A stretch of DNA of 64,000 nucleotides from an uncultured Planctomycetota bacterium (GCA_963849325.1 CAWKHF010000009.1:320001-384000), one strand, 5' to 3'; positions 9,117-20,020 are shown, counted from the first letter of the stretch. A program made the numbers and translations. Notes: generated by a model from the letters alone, not told the origin.

Positions 9117-10983
9117 ATGGGCTATCGCAACCTCCGCGACTGTGTCGCCGACCTGGAGCGCACCCGGCAGCTTGTACGCATCGAGCGCGAGATCGACCCG
9201 TATCTGGAGATGGCGGAGGTCCACCGGCGTGTTTACGAGGTCGGTGGGCCGGCCTTGTTGTTCACGCGCGTCAAGGGCTGCGCCTTTCCGATGGTGAGCA
9301 ATCTCTTCGGCACGCCGGCGCGCATCCGCTACCTGTTCCGCGATACGCTCCAGGCCGTGCGTCACTTGGTCGAGCTGAAGGTCGATCCCGGCGCCTTCTG
9401 GAAACGGCCGTTTCGCTACCGCGACGTGCCTGGCACGCTGTTGCACACCCTGCCGAAACGGGTCAAGGATGGGCCGATTCTGGCGCAGCAAACGACCCTC
9501 GCCGAACTGCCGCAATTGCAGTGCTGGCCGCGCGACGGCGGCGCATTCATCACCTTGCCGCAGGTGTACACCGAGGACGTCGATCGGCCGGGCTGGCGTC
9601 ACTCGAACCTGGGCATGTATCGCGTGCAGCTGTCGGGCAATCGGTATGAGCCGAACCGCGAGGTCGGCTTGCACTACCAGATCCATCGCGGCATCGGCGT
9701 GCATCACGCGGCGGCGCTGCGGCGCGGCGAGCCGTTGCGAGTCAACGTGATTGTCGGCGGTCCGCCGGCGCTGGCCGCTGGCGGCGGTCATGCCGCTGCC
9801 GGAGGGGCTGCCCGAATTGGCGTTCGCCGGCGCCCTGGGCGGCCGGCGCATTGGCCTCGTGACTCCATCGCCAAACGGTGACGGCCTCTCGCCTCCGCTG
9901 CCGATCCCGGCCGAGGCGGATTTCTGCATCCGCGGCACGGTCGATCCGCAGCGGCTGCTGCCGGAAGGGCCGTTCGGCGATCACCTCGGTTATTACAGTC
10001 TCGTCCACGATTTTCCCGTGCTGCGCGTCGAGCGCGTCTATCATCGGCCCGGCGCCATCTGGCCGTTCACGGTCGTCGGCCGGCCGCCGCAGGAGGACAC
10101 CTGTTTCGGCGATCTCATTCACGAACTGACCGGCCCGATTATCCCGACGGTGGTGCCGGGCGTTCACGCCGTTCACGCCGTCGATGCCGCCGGAGTGCAT
10201 CCGCTGCTGCTGGCCATCGGCAGCGAGCGTTACGTCCCTTATGCCCGCGAGCGGAGGCCGCAAGAGCTGCTGACCTGCGCCAACGCCGTTCTCGGGCAGG
10301 GACAGCTTTCGCTCGCCAAGTACCTGTTCCTCGTGGCCCGCGAGGACGACCCGGAGCTGGACATCCACGACATCGCGGCCTTTTTCCGGCACGTCCTGGA
10401 GCGCGTGGACTGGCGGACGGACCTGCATTTCCAGACGCGAACGACGATCGACACGCTCGATTATTCGGGCAGCGGCTTGAACGAAGGCTCCAAGTTGGTC
10501 GTCGCCGTCGCCGGCCCCAAACGCCGGACGCTGGCCGCTGAGGTGCCGGAGAAACTGCCTCTCGCCGAGGGATTTCGAGAGCCGCGCGTGTGCTTGCCGG
10601 GCGTGCTCGCCGTGGAAGCACCGGCGTATCCGCGAGGGCGAACCGAGGACACGCCGCCCGACGTGGAGCGCTTCTGTCGCGCCCTCGCTTCCGGTGAGGC
10701 GGCGATGGGTTTCCCACTCGTCGTGCTGGTGGACGATAGCGAGTTCACCGCTCACGCCCTCAAGAACTGGCTGTGGGTCACGTTTACGCGCTCCAATCCC
10801 GCGGCGGACATCCACGGCGTTGGGGGGTTTACGCATCAGAAACACTGGGGCTGCACGGGTCCGCTGGTGATCGACGCACGCATCAAGCCGCATCATGCGC
10901 CGCCGCTGGAGGAAGATCCAGAAATCACTCGCCGCGTGGAAGCGCTGGGCGTGCCGGGTGGGCCACTGTACCGCATCATCTGA
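9117..10983 (+). CDS. UbiD family decarboxylase (frameshift near 9770)
   Basis: NLGMYR.Q, PEGPFGDHLGYYS, VGRPPQED, D.LDYSG. Confidence 0.88.
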
Positions 10984-11071
10984 TTGGCCTTGACCGATGC
11001 GGTAGTGGGAGATATGTCTTCGCGTCTTTCGTCCGGCGCGGACGAGGCTCGGAGAATTGAGGAAAACCGGC

Positions 11072-12172
11072 ATGGCGGCCACGGCTCGAAGACTGCTGCT
11101 CGTCACGCTGCTGGGCGCGGCGATGCTGCTGCCGAATCGGCCGGCCTCCGCTCAAGATTCGCCGCCCCCCGGTTCGGACGTGGTGCTGCCGCCGCCGCGG
11201 AGTGCGGGGCCGCCCCCGGCACCGGCCCCGCCGCCTCCGGCGGGACCGTCCACGGCGCTGCCCAATCCCAGCCCTTTCCCCCCGGCCCCTTCGCCGGCGT
11301 CCGCCGACCCGATTTTCGGCCCACGCGATCCCGGCGCCAACGGCTGGGGACCATACGGCGGTCCTTCCATCCTGCCGGCGCTCTTCGCCGACGTCGAGTT
11401 GGACATCCTCAAGCCGCACCTCAAGGCGGCACTGTCCAACGCCGTGACGTTCGCCGACGGCAGCCAAACAACGGTTCGACCGCCGACGACGCAGGTGGGC
11501 TGGACGGCCGCCCCGCGCTTCGAGGTCGGGTGGTTTCTGCCCAATAGTCTCGGCTTTTTCGCCTTGAATTATCGCGGCTTCGCCACCGACGGCCGGCAGG
11601 ACGCGACCAGTCTTGAAGGAATACCGTTCGCGCTACGCACGCGCCTGGATGTCAACCAGGTCGCTTTCGATTACGGTGTGGCGCCGTTCTCGTTCGCCCC
11701 CCACTGGGACGTCGCCTCGCGCATCGGCGTCACGCTGGCCGACGTGTTCTTCGACAACCAGGCCATCAGCGCCCCGCAGACGCTCTACGCCAGCAACAAT
11801 TACTACGGGGCCGGGCCGCACCTCCGCCTGGACCTTCGCCGCCACATCGGCCTGCTACCCGGCCTGGACCTCTACGGGCGGGCCGACCTCTCCGTCCTGG
11901 TCGGCCAGATTCACCAGCGCTTCCGCGAGAGCGACACTAACCTCGACGGCAGCACGGCCGAAGGAGAGTTCGTGCAGCGGAAAACGCAAACGGTGCCGGT
12001 GTTCACGACGCAGGCCGGACTGTCGTACATTCCGCCGAGCCTCAGCAACTGGCGTTTCACGCTCGGTTACGAGTTCGAGGAGTGGTGGTTCGTCGGCCAG
12101 GTCGATCAACTCGACTCGCGCGGCCAGTTCAACACCAACGGCGTATTCCTCCGCGCCATGGTGCGCTTCTGA
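11072..12172 (+). CDS. outer-membrane beta-barrel protein (Lpg1974/BBP7-like) with Pro-rich N-terminus
   Basis: signal peptide, alternating beta strands, terminal Phe. Confidence 0.7.
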   Translation: MAATARRLLLVTLLGAAMLLPNRPASAQDSPPPGSDVVLPPPRSAGPPPAPAPPPPAGPSTALPNPSPFPPAPSPASADPIFGPRDPGANGWGPYGGPSILPALFADVELDILKPHLKAALSNAVTFADGSQTTVRPPTTQVGWTAAPRFEVGWFLPNSLGFFALNYRGFATDGRQDATSLEGIPFALRTRLDVNQVAFDYGVAPFSFAPHWDVASRIGVTLADVFFDNQAISAPQTLYASNNYYGAGPHLRLDLRRHIGLLPGLDLYGRADLSVLVGQIHQRFRESDTNLDGSTAEGEFVQRKTQTVPVFTTQAGLSYIPPSLSNWRFTLGYEFEEWWFVGQVDQLDSRGQFNTNGVFLRAMVRF

Positions 12173-12176
12173 TTGG

Positions 12177-12241
12177 GGCGAACGGCCGGCGTCAGCCGGT
12201 TGGTTGAGTCCGTACCAGCCGGCTGACGCCGGCCGTTCGCC
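12177..12241. repeat. REP-like palindrome
   Basis: GGCGAACGGCCGGCGTCAGCCGG...CCGGCTGACGCCGGCCGTTCGCC. Confidence 0.8.
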
Positions 12242-12347
12242 ATTACCCGATCTTGCCCCCTCTGCCTCCTCTATGTTAAACCTACGCCACGGCCCGCTCT
12301 CCGTAGGAGCCGGCCATGCTCTCTTCACCAGATCACGGTGACGCACC

Positions 12348-13343
12348 ATGATGATCCGCCGCATGGGACAAACCGGGCTGAAGGTCTCGGCCATCTGCCT
12401 GGGCACGATGACGTTCGGCCAGCAGTGCGACGAGCGAACCTCGTTCGCCATCCTCGACAGGGCCGCCGACGGCGGCGTCAATTTCCTCGATTGCGCCGAC
12501 GTCTACCCGGTGCCGCCGAGCGTGGAGACGGCCGGACGCAGTGAGGAAATCCTTGGCCGCTGGCTGGAGGGCAAGCGCGATCGGTTCGTGCTGGCGACCA
12601 AGTGCCGCATGCGCGTCGGCAACAGTCCCAACGATGAGGGGCTGTCTCGACGGCACATTCTGCGGGCGGCCGAGGATAGCCTGCGACGGCTGCGCACCGA
12701 TTACCTCGACCTGTATCAGACGCATTCGCCGGACCCGGAGACGCCCCCTGAGGAGACGTTGCGGGCGCTGGACGACCTGGTGCGTCAAGGCAAGGTGCGC
12801 TACCTGGGCTGCTCCAACTATCCGGCCTGGCAGGTGGCCCTGAACCTCGGACTGTCGGCCCGGCTCAACCTGGCGCGGTTCGACTGCGTGCAGCCGCGCT
12901 ACAACCTGCTGTATCGACCGATCGAGGACGAACTGCTGCCGCTGTGCCGCCATCAGGGCGTCGGCGTCATCGCCTACAATCCGCTGGCCGGCGGGTTCCT
13001 CAGCGGCAAGTATCGCAACTTGGAAGAGCTGCCGGCGGGCACGCGCTTCACCCTCGGCAAGACCGGCGAGCTGTACCGCGAACGCTACTGGCACCAGGCG
13101 CAATTGCGGGCCGTGGAAGAGCTGCGCCGGCACTTCGAGCCGCGCGGGAAGTCCCTGGTGACGGCCGCCATCGCCTGGGTGATGAGTCAACCCGGCATCA
13201 CCGCCGCCATCGTCGGCGCGACGCGGCCCGAACAGCTCGACGCCAGCCTCGCCGCGACGGAGTTCATCCTCGACGAGGAGGACCGCGAGGTGTGCAACCT
13301 GGCCTGGTACAGTCTGCCACGGCCGGCACCAGCCGCCAAGTAG
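12348..13343 (+). CDS. aldo/keto reductase
   Basis: LGTMTFG, D.A.VY, SL.RL.TDYLDLY, GKVRYLGCSN. Confidence 0.93.
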   Translation: MMIRRMGQTGLKVSAICLGTMTFGQQCDERTSFAILDRAADGGVNFLDCADVYPVPPSVETAGRSEEILGRWLEGKRDRFVLATKCRMRVGNSPNDEGLSRRHILRAAEDSLRRLRTDYLDLYQTHSPDPETPPEETLRALDDLVRQGKVRYLGCSNYPAWQVALNLGLSARLNLARFDCVQPRYNLLYRPIEDELLPLCRHQGVGVIAYNPLAGGFLSGKYRNLEELPAGTRFTLGKTGELYRERYWHQAQLRAVEELRRHFEPRGKSLVTAAIAWVMSQPGITAAIVGATRPEQLDASLAATEFILDEEDREVCNLAWYSLPRPAPAAK

Positions 13344-13410
13344 CCGCCCGACAGCATGGACGCTGTTGCGACCAGGCTTCCTACGACAAACAAGAGAGAC
13401 GAGTGCAAGG

Positions 13411-15263
13411 ATGCATCAAACTCTCCCGATCGTGATAGGTCCGTATCGGATACTGGAGCCGCTCGGCGCGGCGGCATGGGGCACGTTTACAAGGCCGAGC
13501 ACCGGCTGATGAAGCGCGTGGTCGCGTTGAAGATTGCCAGTCGAGTGCGGCACGGAGCGCGTGGCTCGGCCGTGCGGAAGCGTTTTCGCCGCGAGGTGGA
13601 AGCGGCCGGCCGGCTCCATCATCCCGGCATCGTCTCGGCCTACGATGCCGGCGAAGTGCGCGGCCGGCTCTACCTGGCGATGGAGTACGTCGAGGGGATC
13701 GACCTCGAACGACTGGTGGAAGAGAGCGGGCCGCTTTCGGTTGATCTCGCGTGCGAAATCGTGCGGCAGACGGCGGAGGCGCTGCATCATGCGCACGAGC
13801 GCGGCCTGCTTCACCGCGACATCAAACCCTCCAATCTCATGCTCGCCGCACCGGGCGTCACCGTGAAACTGCTCGATCTCGGACTGGCCCGGCTGGCGCA
13901 TCCCTCTTTCCCAGAAGAGGAGGAGGCGGCAGACGATCCGCTGTGCGGCACGCCGGATTTCATGGCCCCCGAATGGGGCCGCGACGTACAGCCGGCGGAC
14001 GTGCGCGGCGATCTGTACAGTCTGGGTTGCACCTTCTATTTCCTGCTCACCGGCCAGGTGCCTTATCCCGGCGGCAGCGGTACGGAAAAACTATTGCGTC
14101 ACAGCCTCGACGCGCCAGCGCCATTGCGGCAGGTGCGGCCGGAGACGCCGCCGGCTGTCGTCGAGGTCGTCGAGCGTTTGATGGCCCGCGATCTGGAGGA
14201 TCGCTATCCGACGGCGGCCGCGGTCGCCGCTGCCATCGCAGCCATCCACGACCCCAAATCGGATCGAGACGGCATTGCCGGCGCGGTGCAGCCGACGAAT
14301 GCAGCTCGACGCATGGTCTCGTCTCGATTCGCCATTGCGGCGCTTGTTGCCGTCTTGCTCGGGGTAGGGGCGGCCGCCGGGGCGCGACGGGTGGTCGAGA
14401 AACCTGTCGCGGCAACAGCGCAAGCGAGGACGTTCGCGCCGTCGTTTCGGATCGAAGGTCGAGAGGAAGGGTTTCCTTCGCTGGCGCAGGCGATTGCCGC
14501 CGCACGCGATGGCGATGTAGTGAGCGTGCATGGCTCCGGCCCGTTCGTCACGGCATCGCTCAATTGTCGGGGCAAAGCCTTGACGGTGCGAGCGGCGCAG
14601 GGAGTGCGGCCGCGGCTGGAGCGGAAACCGACCGGCGATCCCTCGCGCGCGCTCTTCCACACGGATCGGGCCTTGACCCTGGAAGGACTGGACCTGGTCG
14701 TCGCCGACAACGCGCCGATGATCTGCTGCGAAGGAGCGCCTTTGCACCTGACGGACTGCCGGTTGACGACCGGCGCCGATGGCGTGGCCGTCATCGCCCG
14801 AGCCGCCTCCGAGGTGGTCGTGTGCGGTTGCCGCATCGATGCCGGGGCCGTCGGGCTTTCCGTGGAGGCCGGCCAGGGTTCGATGTGCCGCGTTCACGTG
14901 CGCGAGAGCCGGATCACCATCCGAGCGAAGATGGGGGTGGCCCTGTCGTTGTGGGCGTCAGAGGTGCCGCAGCCGACGCCGGTTGAGCTGGAGTTGGAAG
15001 GCAATACCATTCAGGCGGGGCGGACAGCGGCCCTGCGTGCCTTGCCGGCGGGCCTGGCGATCCGGGCTCGCGGCAACCGTTTCACGTTCCACACGGCCCT
15101 GCTCAGCTATACGGGATACGCGGACCCGGACGCCTGGCGGCGGAACACGGCCTGGGCCGGCGGCGACAACGCCTATGAGGGACCGCCATCCTGGTTGTGG
15201 GTCGAGGGACAGCCGGTGCCCCTCGCCACGGTGCCGATGTCCGTCCCCACGAGCCCGGGATGA
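13411..15263 (+). CDS. Hanks-type Ser/Thr protein kinase with TM segment and beta-helix-like extracellular domain (frameshift near 13468)
   Basis: MHQTLPIVIGPYRILEPLG in another frame joins GGMGHVYKA; HRDIKPSN, DLGLA, GTPDFMAPE. Confidence 0.88.
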
Positions 15264-15267
15264 CAAA

Positions 15268-15529
15268 CCTCCGGATAATAGGAAAGGTGCAGTAAGGTGC
15301 ACCGATCCCGTTATTCGGAGGAATGAGCGGGGCAAACCTTGCCATACCGGATTATTTACCGGCCTCGGATGGTGACGGCTTCGTGCGTTGTCTTGTCGCC
15401 GTAAGCCGCGGGATGGACGGGCTTTTCGCTCGTTTCGTCCCTTCGGCAGAGCAGCCCTCTGGCCGAAATGCTCGACCAGAGCTGTCTCTTTGCGTCACCG
15501 CCTCACGACGGTTTTGCCTTTTCGAGGAT
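15268..15529 (-). repeat. ~262-nt riboswitch-headed unit, copy B
   Basis: homologous to 16380-16642; the 15316-15422 core matches 16431-16535 at about 89/107 by hand alignment. Confidence 0.85.
15437..15529 (-). ncRNA. c-di-GMP-I (GEMM) riboswitch aptamer, copy B
   Basis: TCCTCG-AAAAGGCAAA-ACCGTC-GTGA-GGCGGT-GACGCAAAG...CTGCCGAAGGGA; P1, GNRA-capped P2 and long P3. Confidence 0.8.
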
Positions 15530-15583
15530 AATCGTCAGTCAATCGCCGTAAATGCCTTAACCGCCTAGAGGCAAGGCGTTTGC

Positions 15584-15592
15584 AGTTTACCA
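15584..15592 (-). promoter_or_regulatory. extended -10 promoter for copy B
   Basis: TGnTAAACT about 55 nt upstream of the aptamer. Confidence 0.4.
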
Positions 15593-15669
15593 AGCATCAC
15601 ACAGAAGGCACGCTTTCCCACGGTCTTGTACAGCATGCCGTGCCCATTCCGTGCCCTCCTGGTGGCCTC

Positions 15670-16185
15670 TCAGGACACGGACTTCCAAGTGTGGCGATGG
15701 ACGACCGCGAAGACCGTTCCGATGGCGATGCCGTACTTTTTTGCCAAGGCGGGCATACTCATTCTCCCAGCGACTTTTCTGATTTGCCTTACCGTGGCTT
15801 CGTTTAGTCTCGATGACCAGTGTTTCTCGCCTGCTTTTGCGTAGGGCATCGACCAATAATGCCGCATGTTCCCAGATCGGTCAGTGTATTCAAGGTTCTT
15901 CACCCCGTTGTGCGAACGCACGCCGTCTTTGTGGTTGACGTGAACGTCTGGATCGACGGGACCGAGAAAAGCGGCGGCTACCAGGCGGTGAACCTTCCGG
16001 TTGATCGGCTTCCCGTGGCGGGAGAGGCGCACGATCCGGTAGCCGTGGCCGTTGTCCCGGGGGGTGAGGATGCGAGGGAGCTTATCGGGATTAGACGGCA
16101 AGCGACGGACTCTTCCGAGATTGCTTACTTCGTAAATCCCCTCGAATTCAGCGACGGGCTTCCATTGCTCCACGGAATCGTCCAT
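15670..16185 (-). CDS. NUMOD4-HNH homing-endonuclease-like protein with C-terminal HTH (171 aa)
   Basis: EQWKPV..FEG.YEVSNLGRVR, VHRLVA.AF, VNHKDG...N...NLEY; AGGAGG RBS. Confidence 0.9.
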   Translation of the reverse strand: MDDSVEQWKPVAEFEGIYEVSNLGRVRRLPSNPDKLPRILTPRDNGHGYRIVRLSRHGKPINRKVHRLVAAAFLGPVDPDVHVNHKDGVRSHNGVKNLEYTDRSGNMRHYWSMPYAKAGEKHWSSRLNEATVRQIRKVAGRMSMPALAKKYGIAIGTVFAVVHRHTWKSVS

Positions 16186-16379
16186 GAGGCTTCCTCCTTG
16201 CAAGTAGGAGAAAGCCTAGAAGAATGTCCCTTTACGGCAAGTGGAGCGGCGCAGAATCTTTTGGAGCTTGGTCTTGGATTCTTTCAGCGTTTTAACAAGG
16301 CGTTTCTGCTTACGTCGATGGTGGTGAAATAGCAGCTCTTGGATTTACGCCAGCAGATGTCGGATGTGCGAGGTATGGT

Positions 16380-16642
16380 TTCCTCCGGGGGAGAGGGCCG
16401 GGAAGGTATACCGTACCCTACATCATTATACGGAGGAAAGAGCAGAGCAAACCTCGCCATACCGGATTTTTTCCGGCCCCGGATCGAAGCGACTTCGTGC
16501 GTCATCCTGTCGCCGTAAGTCGAGGATGGACGGGCACTTCGCCACGATCCACCCTTTCGGTAGCTCGGCCGACACAGGGATGATTCCCCAAGTCCCGGAG
16601 CTTTGCGTCCCACGGTTTCCCGTGGTTTGCCTTTTCGAGGAT
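16380..16642 (-). repeat. ~263-nt riboswitch-headed unit, copy A
   Basis: direct repeat of 15268-15529, closed by TTCCTCCG...CGGAGGAA hairpin. Confidence 0.85.
16551..16642 (-). ncRNA. c-di-GMP-I (GEMM) riboswitch aptamer, copy A
   Basis: GAAAAGGCAAACCACGG-GAAA-CCGTGGGACGCAAAGCTCCGG...CCGAGCTACCGAA; canonical G20/C92-equivalent positions. Confidence 0.9.
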
Positions 16643-16724
16643 GAAAGGCGTTGCGATCCGAGCGCGACAGCGAGGTTCGCCCCCGAAAGCTGCCACCAAA
16701 GCTGGCCGCTTCGTTTGCTGCACA

Positions 16725-16753
16725 ACTGTAGTACGCGATCGCAAGGCAAGCAA
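16725..16753 (-). promoter_or_regulatory. sigma-70-like promoter for copy A
   Basis: TTGCTT-N17-TACAGT. Confidence 0.5.
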
Positions 16754-16782
16754 ACCGCGTCTCCGCTTTCCCCTGTCGGTAT

Positions 16783-17806
16783 TCAAGCCGCCGACGCATC
16801 GCGCCCGGGACGGCCGACGTAGGCGTTTCGCGCCGCGCCCTCTCGCCCCATCGGCACCGCCGCCAGGTCCGGCGAGGATTCCTTGAGCAGATACAGCGGC
16901 CGAACCTTGACCTGCTCGTAAATCCGACCGACGTATTCGCCGACGATGCCGAGACAGCCGAGGATGGCGCCTCCCATCAGGAACAGGGCGGCCAGCACGA
17001 GCGAATCTCCTCCGATGCTTGCGCCGAACAGCGCCCGCATCAGCAGGACCATGCCGTGTCCGGCACCGAGCAGCGCGAACAGCCCTCCCAGCACAAACGA
17101 AAGCCGCAGCGGCAGCTTGGAGAACGAAAGCATGGCATCGACGGCCAGGGCCAGCATGCGGCGCAGCGTGTACTTGGTGACACCGGCGCCTCGGCTGGCG
17201 GGGTGAAACGCCACCGTCGTCGTGCGAAAGCCCAGCCAGTTGACCATGCCGCGTAGAAACCGGTGCTTCTCGTGCAGCCGCAGCAGGCTGTCGATGGCCT
17301 TGCGCGACAGCAGCCGATAGTCCGACGCCGCCGAGCTGACCGGCGTGTCGCTCAACCAGCGCATCACCATGTTGAAGGCGCGCGACGACAGGCGCTTGAA
17401 GGGGCTGAGGCGCGGATCGTCCTCGCGGAAAGTCAGCACGATGTCGTGTCCCCGGCGCCACTGTTCCAGCAGAGCGGGGATGAGATTGGGCGGATGCTGC
17501 AAGTCGCTGTCGAGGGTGATGACCACGTCGCCGCGCGGCGTGTTCCATGCCGGCCGTCAGGGCCGCCTGCTGGCCGAAATTGCGGCTGAAGGACAGGTAG
17601 CGAATACGCGGGTCGGCGGCGGCCAGGCGGCGCACGAAATCGAGGGTGCCGTCGCGGGAGCCGTCATCGACGTACAGGATCTCGATGTCATACTCGGCTT
17701 CGAGGGGGGCCAGGGCGGCGCACAGTTCCTGGTGGAAGTGGGGCAGCACTTCCTCCTCCTCGAAGGCGGGGCAGACGATGCTCAGCTTGCAAACAGGCGC
17801 GGCCAT
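16783..17806 (-). CDS. GT2 polyprenol-phosphate glycosyltransferase (GtrB/ArnC-like; frameshift near 17535)
   Basis: SIVCPAF.EE, VDDGSRD, SRNFGQQ.A, D.DLQHPP, two C-terminal TMs, GEYVGRIY.QVK.RP.Y. Confidence 0.9.
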
Positions 17807-17835
17807 TTCCTTCTCCGTTCTAAGCCGGCTCCCCT

Positions 17836-19121
17836 TCATGCGGCGTGGGCCGAGACGCCGGGCGCATCCACCGACGCCCCGGACTTCGCCGCCAGCGCCC
17901 GCACGAGGACCATCCCATAGGCGGCGGTCAGGCACAGGGCGGCCAACGGGTGCAGTCCCAGGGCGTGGACGCGGTTGGCCTGTGGCGCAGGCCGGCCAGC
18001 ACGCACAGCATCAGCAGCACAAAAGCCGTCCCGGCGAGCATCCGTGCCGGGCGCGGCCAGCCGTCGCAGCGGCCACTGAGGACGGCCCAGGCCAGGGCCG
18101 GGGCCAACAGGACGTAGGTACACGCCTCGGTCGCCGGGCCGCATAACGTCATCCAGCACGTTCCCAGCGCCAGGATAGTCCCCAGCACCTCGCCACGCGG
18201 CCGGCCACGCAGCCGAGCGGCTACGCACAGCACGGCGCATCCGGCGGCACTAAGCAGTTGGACGCCGACGTAACCGAGCGGCGTCAGCGGCAGGTGCCAC
18301 ACGCGGATGAGCAGCCACAGATCGCGGTAGGCCATGTGCGGCGGCCAGTGCCAGCGCTGGTCTTGGCCCAGCCGTTGCAGCCAAAGGGCGTACTGGCCGC
18401 AGACGTAATCGCTGTGTTGGCAGAGGAACGGCAGCGCGAACGTCAGCGCCAGGACGAGCACCAGCCGCGGCGTGCAGCGCCGCGGATACGAGGCCGCCAG
18501 CAGCAGACCAACCGCCAGCGGATAAACCTTCAAGGCGGTGGCCAGGGCGATGAACGCGGCCGCCGACGTCCAGCGCTTGCGCTCGGCCGCGGCCAGCGCG
18601 GCCAGCAGCAGACCGATAACCAGCGGATTGGGTTGGCCGTTATTCAAGCTGCTCAGCGATAGTGGCACCAGGAGTAGGAACAGGATGCCCTTCTCACGCG
18701 GCGTCCGCGCAGCTGGGGCCGTGCGCAGCCACCAGGCGAAACCGCTCAGCAGCGCACCGGCGTTGAGCAGACGCCACACGACACCGCCCAGGCGCACCGG
18801 CAGATGACTGAAGGGCACCAGCAGCACGGCCGTCGTCGGACTGTAGCGGAATTGGTCCTGGTCCGCCTCCCAGGAAGTGCGGTACAGGTCTCGTCCAGTC
18901 TCCCAGTCGGCGCCGGCCTGCGCCCAGGTTGTATACAGGGTGCGCTTGTAGGGCTGGACGGCGGCACGGACGCAGACGGCTCCGACGACGACAATCCAGA
19001 CGAGGATTGCCGCTCGCACCCACGGCTCTCCGCCGCCAGTAGGTCCGGCGAGCCGAGCCGGACAACGAGTGCCGCTCGGCTCGCGGCACCTCCCTGGCCC
19101 TCGTAGCGCTTCAGGCAGCAT
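17836..19121 (-). CDS. GT87/DUF2029 multi-pass membrane glycosyltransferase (frameshift near the 3' end)
   Basis: FRYSP, NGQ.N, KVYP, many TM helices. Confidence 0.8.
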
Positions 19122-20020
19122 GGGCGAACCTCCCCCGTCGTCGGGCGCTCAACTCCGAGGGGGCCACCCGCGTGAAGCCGGCCCGCCGGCAGGCGTCGAG
19201 GAACTCGGGCTGCGCAGCAGGCGCAGCTCATCCACGCGCCGCTGGGCCAGGCCGTCGTGCCGCGTGCAGTCCCGGCCGAACAGCGTCGTATCGAAATGGC
19301 CGGGATGGCAGGCCAGCTCCACGTCCCGGCCCGGCACCTGCGTCAGCCAGCGCGTGAAAAAGTCCGGGTCGCGCACCCAGCGCGGATCGGTGATGCCGGC
19401 CAGCCAATCGTTGCCGGGGAAGCCGTCCGCGTCCAGGTGACGCGCCTCGACCCGCCCCAGCAGGGTCAACAATGTCCGCTTCTTCCGCGCCTCCCGCGAT
19501 GCGCCGCAGCATCGACCACGGCTCCTGGACACGGCGCACATAGGGCGGCGGGACGCAGCGGTCTTTCAGTACCTCGGCGCAGAATGGCCCCGACCGGCGG
19601 AAACAGCGAAGTGTGCTGGTGTGAGTTGACGACCGCCGGAGGGTGGCCGACCAGGTCCAGGAAGCGGTCGTATTGCGTGCGCAGCTCGGTCTCGATCTGT
19701 TTGGGACAAATCTGGTGCAAATAGAGGCGGGCGAGGAAGTGACGCAGCGGCAGCATCCGGCCGTCAGGACCGACCAGGCTCGGCACGCGCGCAACCGGAG
19801 CGGCGGGCGGGTCGAGAGTCAAACACGGATGCCAGCCCATCTCCGGGCGCACGCCGCACTGCCGCCAGGCGCGAACCGCATCCTCGGCATGGGGCGAATT
19901 GACGAGCAGGACGGTCCCGGTGACGACGCCGCGGGCGGCCAATTCGAGGATGGCGCGGGAGGTCTCCGGGCCGATGCCGTAGTCGTCGGCGATGACAACG
20001 AGAAAGCGGGTCGCATCCAT
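19111..20020 (-). CDS. ChbG/HpnK (YdjC) family carbohydrate deacetylase (several frameshifts)
   Basis: ADDYG, GWH..LT, NSHQH, ELACHPG. Confidence 0.85.

Noticed and set aside
13356-13470. Kinase with an apparently truncated N-lobe
   Set aside because: The missing GPYRILEPLG strand is present in another frame from ATG 13411; an indel artefact
15331-15346. TGGCAAGGTTTGC as a sigma-54 promoter in the repeat core
   Set aside because: GG-to-GC spacing is 8 nt, not the required 10
15268-16642. IscB/omega-RNA (HEARO) or group I intron explanation for the HNH locus
   Set aside because: The protein lacks PLMP and RuvC motifs and is a short NUMOD4-HNH; no interrupted host gene or recognisable intron core by eye; an Infernal search would be needed to exclude this fully
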